Source: a virus
Virus record (IMG/VR): IMGVR_UViG_3300045996_001561
Location: 15,345-79,344 of that record
DNA length: 64,000 bases
Direction: 5' to 3' (one strand)
Part shown: positions 27,015-38,100 of the stretch, piece by piece
Layout of the letters: every line of letters begins with the position of its first letter
Numbering within the stretch: position 1 is the stretch's first letter
Notes under the pieces: model-generated
Databases searched by the model: none
Told to the model about the DNA's origin: nothing
What the model saw: only the letters and a program-made list of their open reading frames with translations
Program-made: the position numbers and the translations under genes

Positions 27015-27881
27015 GTGTCTGATCCTACCACAACCACGGGCGATGAACTACTGCGGATCTCTGGGCCTCGACCCAAGGGATTCACGATGCTGTATCACGT
27101 CATCGCGCGCCCACTGCTGACGGAGCATAGCGCGGTGCTGCGAACCTATGTGGCCCTCGGGTTGTATAGCAACGTGCAACGCGCGGCCTACCCCTCGATC
27201 GATACCATCGCCACGGATATCAACATGGATCCCCGGTCGGTCTACCGCGCCATCGACCGATTGGAAACCCTCGGATTGCTCTCAGTCATCCGATCCCCAG
27301 GAAAACCGAACCATTATGTCATGCTCTCTCCCGGGGATGATGGGTTCCTGACCCCTGACACCCGTGTCACGGGTGCTGCGTCAACCCCTGACACCCATGT
27401 CACCCCACCCCTGACACCCATGTCACCCGAACAAGACGGTCTGAACAAGAAGAAAGAATCATCTTCTGCAGAGAAGGAATCCATCAGGGATAATGGGCGC
27501 TCGTCTGTGGGCGCGGAAAGCACGACCCCACCCCCTACCCCCGCCCCACAAAAGAAATCGACAGATAAACCGATGACCCGATTGGCCCGCGAAGAGGCCG
27601 ATTCGTACTGGCAGGAGGAACGGGTCAAGCATTTCTTTCTGGAGATCCGCAAGCTCTACCCGCGCACCCTGGATCGCGGGCAGGAGATGGAGGCGTTCCG
27701 AAAGACGGTTGGAGCCAAGATCGTCCAGCACCCTGATCTCGATACGCAGATCTGGAACGGGCTGCACGCCTGGATCGCCTACTGGCAGAAGGAGGGAACC
27801 GAGACGCGATTCATCCCGCACTTCAGTACGTGGATCAATGGGGAACGATGGGATGCCAAGCCAACGGGGGTGACAACATGA
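27015..27881 (+). CDS. Replication initiator (HTH_36 / lambda O-like)
   Basis: AYPSIDTIATDINMDPRSVYRAIDRLETLGLL; internal iterons; C-terminal FIPHFSTWINGERW. Confidence 0.8.
   Translation: MSDPTTTTGDELLRISGPRPKGFTMLYHVIARPLLTEHSAVLRTYVALGLYSNVQRAAYPSIDTIATDINMDPRSVYRAIDRLETLGLLSVIRSPGKPNHYVMLSPGDDGFLTPDTRVTGAASTPDTHVTPPLTPMSPEQDGLNKKKESSSAEKESIRDNGRSSVGAESTTPPPTPAPQKKSTDKPMTRLAREEADSYWQEERVKHFFLEIRKLYPRTLDRGQEMEAFRKTVGAKIVQHPDLDTQIWNGLHAWIAYWQKEGTETRFIPHFSTWINGERWDAKPTGVTT
27351..27426 (+). repeat. Three iterons (likely replication origin)
   Basis: ACCCCTGACACCCrTGTCAC at 27351, 27384 and 27407, each containing a TGACA/TGTCA inverted repeat, followed by an A-rich tract. Confidence 0.8.
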
Positions 27882-28472
27882 AATGGTGGGTAGTGACCTT
27901 TCCCAATGGGAGCATCGAGGTTGCGGCGGCGAACGCTCCCGATGCCATGTGGCGCGGCGCGCACGCATGGCCTGCCCTTGACCGGACACCGAGCGAGATC
28001 GTGGACAGCATCACCGGCATCAAGCAGATCGGTAACGCACTGAAGTGGATAGGGCCGCGCGACCCGATCGTCATTGACACCATCCCGAACGGATCGTGGT
28101 GGGCCGAGAACAACCCCGTCTCCCCGCGCGAGACGTGGGAACTCCTGACACAGGTGATGTCATGAGTCGTCGCAAGGATCGGAATGGGTTTTCCGCCAAC
28201 CAGTGCAGCCTGTGCGAATCGATCACCTTGACCCTCGGTGATCAGGGCATGGGTGGTGTCCGCTACTGTCGGGACTGCATCCGCGAGACGCTAGGGTGGC
28301 ATCAGCTTTCACCCGAGGCCAAGGTCAGTCTGCAGACGCGATTCATCAACGCCTTACAGGATCCCGAGTACAAGCGGCAGATGACGATGTGGGGAACCCC
28401 AACCCCCGAGGAACGTCAGGCGATCTCCATTGGGGAGAGCCGCTATCGACTTGCCACGTCGGAGATGGGACG

Positions 28473-30431
28473 ATGATCACACGACCAGAAGAGGAAGCCG
28501 GGATCACCTATGCCGATCTCGATATCGACGTCCGGCACTGCCGCACCGAGGAATGCAAGACGTGGTGTCCCAAGTGCCGGGACACGCATTCGCCAGGAAA
28601 ACGCACCCAGAAGGATCTCTCGGTCAACCTCGCACGCGGGGAAGGGAAGTGCCACCGCTGCCCGTATACCTTCGGCCTCGGAAAAGAGGCCCGAGAACGC
28701 GGCCTGACCCCCAGAGTGGTATCTACCCCCCTTTCGCGCCCAAACGCCCCGCAGCGGCCACGGATTGAAGCGGAGCGGCCCCAAACAGAGGTCATGCCTC
28801 CCCGCACTATGCCGGGGTTGCTCCACGATTGGGCCGTCGAGTGGTGCGGACAGCGCGAGATCCCCGAAGATGTGATGCACCACTTCGGGATCGAGTCCAC
28901 CGAACGGTGGGAAGAATTCGATCAACCGACGCTGCACTTCCCCTATCGCCTCGACGGCACCCTCGTCAACATCAAGCACCGCATCCTCCCCAAAGATTTC
29001 CGGCAAGAGAAGAAAGCGCTCAGGTCGTGCTTCAACATCGACGCGGCGAATGGTGCCGAGACGGTAGTGGTTGCCGAGGGGGAGCTTGATGTGATGGCCT
29101 GCCATGAGGCCGGGTTCATCGCTATCTCTCCCCCCGATGGTGCGCCAGGACTGATCCGCGACCCGGTGACAGGTGCCACCACCGGGGTGGCCGAGGTCGG
29201 GAACAAGGCGATGGCCTTTCTGGAGCCGCGCAACGCCGAGATCCTCAGTGGCATCAAGCGGTTCATCATCGCCACCGATGCGGACATGGAGGGGCAAAAG
29301 CTGGCCGAGTGGCTGGTTGAGCATTTCGGGGCCGAGCGATGCTGGCAGGTCGCGTGGCCCGAGGGGGTCAAAGATGCGAATCAGATGCTCGTCGAGCGCG
29401 GGACGAAGGCGCTCACCGATCTGATATCCCGGGCGCGGCCGGTCAACCCTCCGGGGATCTACACCTTCGAAGATCAGCGCGAGGAAGCCCACTATATCCA
29501 TCAGCACGGACTCCCCAAGGGACTCTCCACCGGGTGGATCGACTTCGATAGCCTCTACACCGTCTGGTCGGGGTCGGTGGTCGTCATCTACGGCGTGCCC
29601 AGCCACGGCAAGACCTCCTGGGTCAACAACCTGATCGTCAATCTGGCCCACATCCACGACATGAAGTTCGGGGTGTTCTCCCCCGAAGCCGGTCGGCCGG
29701 TGATGGCGCTGATGAAGTACGTCCAGATCGCCAACGACCGTCCGCTCCTTCCCGGCTACGAGCAGCAGATGACTGCCGAGGAACTCGACATCGGCATCGA
29801 TTGGGTGCGGGATCGCTTCTTCCGCATCGATGCCCCGACCCAAGGTTCCAGCTATACCAAGTTCTCCATCCCCGAGATCGTCTCGCGTGGGGAGCAGCTT
29901 GCCTTGCGCTCAGGCATTGGTGGCCTCGTCATCGATCCCTGGAACTATCTGCTCCCGATGCGCCCGGACGGTCAGAGCGACACCGAATACGTGGCGAACT
30001 CGATCCTGCAACTGCATGAGTTTGCCGATCGGTATCAGACGACGGTATTCGTGATTGCTCACCCGACCAAGCAGGACTTCGGGCAGCGGGAGGATGCCGA
30101 GGAAACGATGCCGAAGCCCTACTCCATCGCGGGGAGCGCCCACTGGTACAACATGGCGGATGCGATCCTCGGGGTGCAGCGCAACAAGTACACCGAGCCG
30201 ATCAACCAGACGACGGTCAAGGTGTGGAAGAACCGCGAAGAAGGGGTCTACGGATCGCTGGGGGAGTGCTACTTCACCTTCGACGAACGGAGCCGTCGCT
30301 TTCATTGCCGTTCCACGCCGATCCCCATCCTGACCGGAACCAATCCCTATCCCGAGCTACCCGCCTCCCTGCGCGTCAGTCCGATGTCGATCAGCCAGGG
30401 GAACACGACCTTTGCCGACGAGCCGTTCTAG
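28473..30431 (+). CDS. T7 gp4/Twinkle-like primase-helicase
   Basis: Zn finger CPKC..CHRC; TOPRIM EGELD and DAD; Walker A GVPSHGKT; VIDPWN, AHPTK, YSIAGSAHWYN. Confidence 0.92.
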   Translation: MITRPEEEAGITYADLDIDVRHCRTEECKTWCPKCRDTHSPGKRTQKDLSVNLARGEGKCHRCPYTFGLGKEARERGLTPRVVSTPLSRPNAPQRPRIEAERPQTEVMPPRTMPGLLHDWAVEWCGQREIPEDVMHHFGIESTERWEEFDQPTLHFPYRLDGTLVNIKHRILPKDFRQEKKALRSCFNIDAANGAETVVVAEGELDVMACHEAGFIAISPPDGAPGLIRDPVTGATTGVAEVGNKAMAFLEPRNAEILSGIKRFIIATDADMEGQKLAEWLVEHFGAERCWQVAWPEGVKDANQMLVERGTKALTDLISRARPVNPPGIYTFEDQREEAHYIHQHGLPKGLSTGWIDFDSLYTVWSGSVVVIYGVPSHGKTSWVNNLIVNLAHIHDMKFGVFSPEAGRPVMALMKYVQIANDRPLLPGYEQQMTAEELDIGIDWVRDRFFRIDAPTQGSSYTKFSIPEIVSRGEQLALRSGIGGLVIDPWNYLLPMRPDGQSDTEYVANSILQLHEFADRYQTTVFVIAHPTKQDFGQREDAEETMPKPYSIAGSAHWYNMADAILGVQRNKYTEPINQTTVKVWKNREEGVYGSLGECYFTFDERSRRFHCRSTPIPILTGTNPYPELPASLRVSPMSISQGNTTFADEPF

Positions 30432-30434
30432 GGG

Positions 30435-30463
30435 TTGACATACCCGCGATGATGTGGTACTAT
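30435..30463 (+). promoter_or_regulatory. sigma70-type promoter
   Basis: TTGACA-N17(TGG)-TACTAT. Confidence 0.85.
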
Positions 30464-30511
30464 GCTCCCGGGTTGGAATACGGAGCCGCCCGGGAGCGAC
30501 TCGGAGGAACG

Positions 30512-31726
30512 ATGAAGCGTCTGACGGATTACTTCAGCGACCTGCCCACGGCGCTGGCCGATGGCAACTACCCGTTCGCGGAGTTCATGGAGCGTGCCCC
30601 GGATCCAGACAAGACGCGTGACTATTTCCTGTCTGCGCTTGAGGAGCGGACGACGCTCGACATCACGGACATGATGGAGGTTCTTGTCACGGGCCAGATG
30701 CTCAGTATGAACTTCAAGGGCATGACCGGATGCGTCCCACCCTGGTTCTCCACCCTGACGGAGTGGGCGCTCCCCGAGAGCGATCACGATCTGAACGTCC
30801 GCATCAAGGAGGTCGTGAACTTCCCGGTGCGCCGCTGGGGCACCCTCACGGTGGGCATGACCGCCAGCCAGATGGTGCATCTCATGCGGCGTCCCGACAA
30901 CACCATCGATCGTGACGAGATGACCACCCTCCCGAAGCTCTCTCCGGACGAGATCGCTGAGGCATTTCGGGAAGAGCATCCGATCATGCAGCGGCACAGC
31001 CACGACGTTGCCGCGAATATCGGGTGGTACCTCCTGATGTATCCCTTCATCCGTACCAACCGGGGGATGCTGGGGCCACTCTACGAGGTTCACACCGTCC
31101 TCGATCACGACGGCAAGCCGCTGGTATTGCCGCACATAGAGGGTGATTACCTGAAGTGGGAAAAGGACGACACATCGCACGTCGCCATCTGGAACGAGTG
31201 GACGTCCTCTGCGCCCCTCGGTCGGGCGATCTTCAGCGGGAACACCCTCCACACCCCGAACGATCGATCGGTGATCGCCTTCTCCACGGTGTTCGTGATG
31301 CCGACGCTGCACGCCTTTGAGCTTGCCAACTACCGCAACATCCGCCCTCGCCCGGTGGAGCCACGCTACGCCTCCCGGCAGGAGCGAAGGGATGCCGAGC
31401 GGCGTGGCGACCCGCCGCTGACCAAGTACCACATTCTGGAGATCCTCCCGGCCGGGTCGACGAACGCCAAGCTGGCCCGACCGCTGGGGGAGGTCATGCG
31501 CGAGATGCCGCTGCACGCCGTGCGACGGCACAAGCGGGTCTACACGAAAGAGGCTCCCCTCTTTGGGAGGTTTGGGGATCCCCGCTACTACGGCACCTTC
31601 TGGATCGCTCCCCACACCCGGGGCGACCGGGAGAAGGGCGTGGTGCAGAAGGACTACATCGAGACGGCACGAACGGTGGAGATTGCCGAGGCGGATCGCC
31701 ACGGCATCACCCCGGTCATCGCCTGA
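30512..31726 (+). CDS. Phage protein with C-terminal HxVRxHxR..FW..H.RG motif
   Basis: LHAVRRHKRVY..FWIAPHTRGD; SD CGGAGGAA. Confidence 0.7.
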   Translation: MKRLTDYFSDLPTALADGNYPFAEFMERAPDPDKTRDYFLSALEERTTLDITDMMEVLVTGQMLSMNFKGMTGCVPPWFSTLTEWALPESDHDLNVRIKEVVNFPVRRWGTLTVGMTASQMVHLMRRPDNTIDRDEMTTLPKLSPDEIAEAFREEHPIMQRHSHDVAANIGWYLLMYPFIRTNRGMLGPLYEVHTVLDHDGKPLVLPHIEGDYLKWEKDDTSHVAIWNEWTSSAPLGRAIFSGNTLHTPNDRSVIAFSTVFVMPTLHAFELANYRNIRPRPVEPRYASRQERRDAERRGDPPLTKYHILEILPAGSTNAKLARPLGEVMREMPLHAVRRHKRVYTKEAPLFGRFGDPRYYGTFWIAPHTRGDREKGVVQKDYIETARTVEIAEADRHGITPVIA

Positions 31727-31740
31727 GAGGGAGAGAGCAT

Positions 31741-32498
31741 TTGCCACCTGTCAACATCAGCCTTGATGCGGCGCTGCGGGAGCGCGACGATATTTTGACG
31801 CGCATGGATAGCGAGGCGGCGAAGGCGTACATCGTCACGCACGGGGGGAAGGTTCCGAGGGAGAACCTCGATTGGGAGAAGGTGTTGCATCTGGCACGCC
31901 TGGAAGTCACGACCCTTCCCGGGGAGGTGCGTTCGGAAAGCCGCGTCTGGCTTGCCCGAAACGGCGCGCAGTCGATCATGACCCTTGGCCCCGATAGCCC
32001 GTACGTCACGGCCGTGCTTGATCTGATCTTCCCCGCCGCGCTCACCGATGCCTACATCGCGGAGATGGAGAAATCCCAGCGCCACCCGTATCCCGGCAAT
32101 CCTCTTGTCTCCAACGGAGGGACGGTGTGATCGTCGTCACGGTTGAACTGTGGCCCTACGGCATCGAGGGATTGAAGCGCCACCTGGGAACGGCCCGGAT
32201 CTGGAACGACACCACGGGCGATCCCAAAACAGGGAACTACCAGATCGAACTCCTTGGTCGCATGGAGTCGAGTGATTACCGGGGGTATCCTGGGATGCAC
32301 GCAAACCCCGATTGGGGGAGCGACGAGGTCTCGGAGGAAGATCTGATGGTGACCCTGTCGAAGTGGGGTCGACCGGATCAGGTCTGGAAGAAAGGAGAGG
32401 TCAAAGGATTTCCTCGCACCCGCCTTGGGGCGTGGGACTTGCTCTATCTGGCTCTCCGCAACATTGTCGGGAGCCGCAACAGGGAGGTCGGGTCATGA
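31741..32498 (+). other. Two hypothetical CDS (31741-32130, 32127-32498)
   Basis: Coupled ORFs with SD sequences. Confidence 0.6.
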
Positions 32499-32824
32499 TT
32501 CGTCGCGCAATCGTGGCGGCATGGATGGTGGTGGTGTTCCTGGGCGGGCAGGCAAGCGCCCAAGGGTACAGTTACGAGCAGGCCATCTACGACGCCTGTG
32601 CCCGCTACGGGTGCAACGGCGATCAGTTGGTGCGGGTGATGTACTGCGAGAGCGGCGGCAACCCCTATGCGGTCGGCCCGAACGGGGAGCGCGGTCTGTT
32701 CCAGTACCACCCCTATGGACACAACCCGGCAGCGGCCTGGGTCGATCCCTACACCCAGATCGACATTGCGGCGCGGGAGTGGGCCGCAGGACTTGGCTAT
32801 CTCTGGGTGTGCCAGGGCTGGTAG
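32495..32824 (+). CDS. Secreted lytic transglycosylase (SLT/Rpf-like)
   Basis: Signal peptide; VMYCESGGNPYA..GLFQY. Confidence 0.8.
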   Translation: MIRRAIVAAWMVVVFLGGQASAQGYSYEQAIYDACARYGCNGDQLVRVMYCESGGNPYAVGPNGERGLFQYHPYGHNPAAAWVDPYTQIDIAAREWAAGLGYLWVCQGW

Positions 32825-33076
32825 GAGGAATACGTCGATGCCCGGAGGTAATGATGCCCTCGCGCACGCGCACGGCGTGCAGGAGAATCTCCGGGCCATC
32901 GACCTCGCTCTGCAGATACTCCGCTTCCTGCACGAAAAGGGGTCGACCCGACTCACCATCGACGAGGCGGTCGATGTTTACGAGATGCAGGTACTGACCA
33001 CTTCGGCCAAGCGCAAGGCCGACACCCTCGTCGCATCGATGACGCGGCGAATGAAGGACAAGGAGAGCGAATCGCA

Positions 33077-33799
33077 ATGACCACGATCAATCGTCGTCGC
33101 TTGTTCGGATCAGGGCTGGGCGCACTCGTCGCCGCTGTAGTGGCGAAGGTGGCTCCGGTGGAGGCCGCACCCACCGGGGCAATCCTCGGGGAAGCCACGG
33201 GCACCATCTCGGTCGATGTGGCTCCTGCCATGACGGCGATGGACAGCCTGCATTCCTACATCTCGGCCATCCCCGATCCGGTTCCGTGGGCTACGCCACC
33301 GCACATGGAGATGATCCCGACCCCGCTCTCCCAGGACACGACCGCGTATTACGGCGGGACTGATGGCGGGCAGGAGGTTCTCACCATCCCTGAGCCACAG
33401 ATCCTTGCATCTGTCACGGGGGACTACCTGACGATCGACGAGTGGGCACCGTACCCGGTGGATGTGGGGAATCGGCGCATCTCGGCCAGGATCGATGAGG
33501 GACACACGATCCTTGTCTGTGGGAGTCGGGAGGTTGCCGTCTACTGCGATGGTCGTGAGATCGGCATCAACCTGTTCCCATCCGTCCGCAACCGTCCAGG
33601 CGGTGGTGAGTGGTGGGGATCATTCCGCATCGATGACGGCGCGTGGCACGCCCTAACCGTTCCGCGCGGCGTCGACACCATCAAGCTCTACGCCTCGGGA
33701 CAGATCAGCCACTTGACCGGGGGAGACTACTTCTCTGTCTCGCACGACGACGGCAAGACGTGGACGAAGATCCCAATCACGTCATGGACGTGGGAATGA
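33077..33799 (+). CDS. Tat-signal secreted protein
   Basis: MTTINRRRLFGSGLGALVAAVVAKVAPVEA. Confidence 0.65.
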   Translation: MTTINRRRLFGSGLGALVAAVVAKVAPVEAAPTGAILGEATGTISVDVAPAMTAMDSLHSYISAIPDPVPWATPPHMEMIPTPLSQDTTAYYGGTDGGQEVLTIPEPQILASVTGDYLTIDEWAPYPVDVGNRRISARIDEGHTILVCGSREVAVYCDGREIGINLFPSVRNRPGGGEWWGSFRIDDGAWHALTVPRGVDTIKLYASGQISHLTGGDYFSVSHDDGKTWTKIPITSWTWE

Positions 33800-34204
33800 T
33801 CCTCAACCTCTTTCCCGAGCGAAAGATCGGGACGGTTGAGTTTCAGTACCTCTCCTGCAATTGGGACAACCGCAGGCTGAAGCGCAAGATCCCGATTGGC
33901 AACCCTCGGAGCCGCTACGACCGGCGTGAGCATGTCTGCGCGAGGCGGCGGGCCAATCCCTACATCAGAGAGCAGTGGTACGCATGAGGGAAACGAACGA
34001 TTCAGTGGAGAAGTGGGAGGCTGACGCGAGGCAGTGGGTGCGAGATTCCACCCTGTCCCTAGTTCCCCTGATCAAGCGTCGGGCCAACCTGTTCAGGGCG
34101 GCGACCGGGATGAATCGTCGCCGCTCCACTGAGCAAGCCATCAAGCATCTTCAGGCCATCCAGAAGCGTGAGACACCCGCGACCCTCTTGGGAGTGTCAT
34201 TCGA

Positions 34205-34636
34205 ATGACGCGCCCACGCTTTCAGATGGGCGCGGATGCCTACAAGGACTCGGTGAGCGAGGCACAGTGGCAGGCAACGCTCGTCGAGCAGGCCGGATAC
34301 TACGGCTGGGTGGTGCTGCTCTCGATCCCCGATAGCGGCCTCGCGGCCCTCGGGCACATCATCCAGCGCATCAAGAAGGGGCAGGCCCAAGGGCCACTCC
34401 GGGGGTTGCTGGCGCTCCTGGCCGCGATCAGTGGATGGCCGGACTTGACGCTGGGCCACCCCCATCTGCACCGCACGATCTGCGTCGAGGTCAAGACCAA
34501 CACCGGGACGGTGCGGGCCAACCAGAAGGCAATGCTGTCCCTGCTGCCCCGGTGCGGAATCCCCAGCTACGTATGGCGTCCCAAGGATGGCGACGAGGTT
34601 GAACGGGTCTTGTCAGGGGTTGACATACCCGGTTAG
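34205..34636 (+). CDS. VRR-NUC PD-(D/E)XK nuclease / resolvase
   Basis: SEAQWQ..SGWPDLTL..CVEVKTNTG.V..NQ..YVWRP. Confidence 0.8.
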   Translation: MTRPRFQMGADAYKDSVSEAQWQATLVEQAGYYGWVVLLSIPDSGLAALGHIIQRIKKGQAQGPLRGLLALLAAISGWPDLTLGHPHLHRTICVEVKTNTGTVRANQKAMLSLLPRCGIPSYVWRPKDGDEVERVLSGVDIPG

Positions 34637-34648
34637 TTGTGGTATTAT
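34620..34648 (+). promoter_or_regulatory. sigma70-type promoter
   Basis: TTGACA-N17(TGG)-TATTAT. Confidence 0.85.
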
Positions 34649-34671
34649 ACGGAGCGTGAAAAGGGGGAGAA

Positions 34672-35127
34672 ATGAGTAACACGATGCCACGACCGATGGA
34701 CAGTGAGGCCGAGGCGCGCGTCGAACGCTGGCGCAAGCTAGAGGCCCAGGGCATCAACCGCTCCGAGATTGCCCGACGCGAGGGCATCAGTCGGCAGCGA
34801 GTGACGGCCAAGCTGGGGCCACTCCCCGACCGGGGGGGTCGCAAGGAGAAGCGCATCTACGTCCATGAGGGCGATTACCGCAAGGCGGCGGAAGTCGCCA
34901 AGAGCCTCGGCCTGCGGTTGCGGGCCGGGGAAACCTCGGGCGAGGGGTCGGTGAGTCTGCTCGTCGAGCTTATCGGTCGCGGGCAGCTAGTGGTGTCGCG
35001 GCGGACGGAAACCGCGAGGCCGAAGGAGGAAACGGATGGTGCGCCCACCGCACCAGTGGATGGAAGAGGCGATGACGCGACACCTGAGGGGGCTGGCAAC
35101 GTCGTTCCAGATGATGCAGCGGCTTAA
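34672..35127 (+). CDS. HTH DNA-binding protein
   Basis: GINRSEIARREGISRQRVTAKL. Confidence 0.7.
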   Translation: MSNTMPRPMDSEAEARVERWRKLEAQGINRSEIARREGISRQRVTAKLGPLPDRGGRKEKRIYVHEGDYRKAAEVAKSLGLRLRAGETSGEGSVSLLVELIGRGQLVVSRRTETARPKEETDGAPTAPVDGRGDDATPEGAGNVVPDDAAA

Positions 35128-38100
35128 GATCTTTCACCGTGGGGAGAAGTTGACCCGGTGTGAGCGGCGGGCGCTGCAGTTCCTGATCCAGATCCATTCG
35201 AACCAGCTTCCGGAAACCTACTCCGACCCGCGAGAGCGGAGAGCGTGGAATGCTGGTGCGCGCTACGGCGCTGAGGTGATGGGAGACATCCTTGGCCCTG
35301 CAAGTTGGCGGAACTACCCCGCGATCGCTGAGCGATATTGCCGCATCTACTGTCGAGATCGAGGAACGGCTGATCGCGCTCCGGGCGGTAAGGGATCACG
35401 TCGAGCAGGAGCAGCAACGCCTTCTGCTCCTGCAGCTTGACTACGAGCAGCAGATCGACGCCCTGGAGCGACGGCTGCCCAGACTGTGGGGGGATCGTGT
35501 CGACCTTATCCATGCCCAGCGCTTCTTTGGTACCGAGGATATCGAAATCGTTGGTGATTGAGCATCGCGTCCCGAGGGACACCACGCCGATCTACGGGAC
35601 GGTTGAGATTGCGCCCTACCCGGTACGGGAGTGGAGCGGCGGTGTCGACCTGCGCGGTCAGCCTCGCGTGGCCGGGTATGTGGGAGAGATTGCCCCGGGT
35701 GGGGATGTGGAAGCCTACGGCTACATCTACCGCTACCAGACGATGCGAACGATCCACGGACGCGCCTGGATCCACCGGGCGCTGAACCGGCTGCAGTACC
35801 TCGGATCCTTCACCGGGACGGATGCCCACGACCGGGCAGTCGATGCGGTGCTGCGCGGCGACCGTGAGGCCACGCACGGTGAGCGATGACCCCGCGACCG
35901 TCCAGCCTTCGCAACCTCGCCTTCGTGCGGCCGACCTGTGTCGCATGCTCCGACAGGAGATCGAGGTTGCCAAGGCGTCTCAGGGAACGTACACCCAGAA
36001 GGCTAGGAGATCGATTGAGCGCATGGGGCCGGATGACAACAACGCTGACTACTGGATGGTCTACGTGGCGATAGCTGAGATTCGTCAGCGGGCCTACGAG
36101 GCGGCATTCAGAGAGCAGTGCGATGGCTAGGATCACCCCGGAATTCCAAGATGAAGTCTGTGAGCATGCGAGGGTCTACCGAGCCAATGCGATCACCCAC
36201 ATCATATCGGAGAGTCACCAACTCCAAGCTGCTCAAACGAATGGCTGGAAGGATATCGCCGTCACCCTGGTTGGCCGCATCACGGTTGAACAGGAGGTCA
36301 TCGCTATGGCCGACCGACTCATCAGATTCTTCTGCTGCGACGAAGATGCATCCCCTGCCCGCCAGCACCAACAGCATCAATGGGAGCGATGGAATGCCGA
36401 TCGAGCTACCGAGTAACGTCACGCCGCTGTGGGAGGGGTCGATCACGGTACGCATCTTCCGCGATCGACTCTGGCCCGACTTGCCCGCCGCGAGTGATGG
36501 GGAAGTAAATCTTGCGGACGTTGACCCCATCGCTAGCTCAATCAAGTTTGCCCGGCTCTGGCAGGACGAGTTACAGCGCCGCCAGAAGCGATCCCGATTG
36601 CGCTTTACCACGGAGCCGGGGTCGTTTCAGACGCAGGTCGATGTTGGCGTCAACCATGCCAACCCTCGGGCGATGGAGGATACCCTGGCCGTGGGGATGA
36701 GCGTCTACGGCCGGTGGAAGGAGTGGGTGGTTCTCGTCGGGACTCCCGAGGCGCGGGATATCCGAGCGGCATACCAAGCCAACCGCACGGAGCAGCAACC
36801 GGAGGAACCCCCTGATCATGAGTTCTAACACCCCCTCCCCTGATCCGATGTGTCGTTCGTGCGGTCTGCGCCCCCGCAGCGGTGAGAGCCGGTATTGCGC
36901 CGTCTGCGAGGCGAACGGCATGGCATCGATTGATCGTCTTATGACGCGTGCGCTCGATGATGTCATTGCTAAAACTCGGCAGAAGATCGACCGGAACCTC
37001 AACGACGCATTCGGGAGGGTGTGCGAGTGAAGAAGCTGGTTTCTGCGTGGTCGTCAACGGCCAACGATCTCAACTGGAAGGCGAGGCGACTGGAGAGCGA
37101 TAACTACCACCGCGAGGCCCAGGTGGTCTGGTCACTCGCCTCCACCATTGAGGTCGCCATCGAGACGAGGCCGCTCGATGAAGAGGTCGATATCGATCTC
37201 ACCGACCAAGCGATCGATATGGCTATGCGGATAGACGATTGAGCGATCACGAACAGATCCGACGCGGGCTGGCCGCATCGACTATGCAACAGGTGTCACG
37301 GCTCGTCAAGGATTACACCGACGCCCTTCCGGTCACCAGCATCCACAAGAAGAACGCGATCGAGGTCGAGCGCATCCTGAACCGGGTCGCCGGGGCCATC
37401 CGCGACGGCCACATCGCGCCAAGTGAATGGGAGTTCCTCACATGGCTCAGTCCGGAGGGCGGCTTGAAAGAAAGCCCTGCCGCCTCTGCAAAGAACCCGT
37501 CGTCTGGGTACAGCACATCAAGCGCATCGCAGACGGCATCGAGTGGGGAAAGCGCACCCCCCTCAACCCCGACCCCCTCGACTTCCGAGCAGGCAACCTT
37601 GCCCGGGTAAACCCCCGCGAGGTTGAGGGCCGCACCGATGTCGTGGAGTTCATCCCCGAGAACCGGCGCTGGATGTTCGAACGCCTCTATCTCGATCACC
37701 ACGCGACCTGCGAGGTCTGGAAGTGGTGCAAGGATCAGGGGTTCAGCTTCAAGGAGTGTCTTGACACATGCGCCAGCAACAAGCCGATTCTGAACCAGAG
37801 CGCGAGGGAGGATCGGGAGCCGCAGCAGTACTCCCTCGACCGGAGCCGCTAGGCCCACGGGGAGACTGGCTGCCGCTTATCGACATGGGTGTGCGCCCAG
37901 GCGACGACGAGAAGGAGGTGGTGCGCCGAGGACAACGCGCGAAGGCCATCGAGCGGATCGTGACGGGACAGTGGCTGTTCCCGCACGTCATCGTGCGAAG
38001 CTATGCTGCTGTCCCGTACGCTCCCCAGGTGCAGCATCACCCCTCGGGAGCGGTTCGCTACCAGTGTTATTGCCGCCAAACCGTCATCACCCTGATCCCC

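Noticed and set aside
28443-31747. Long antisense ORFs (28443-29843, 30428-31747; also 57160-59031, 5854-6927)
   Set aside because: Shadow frames of well-supported genes in high-GC DNA, without motifs or SD.
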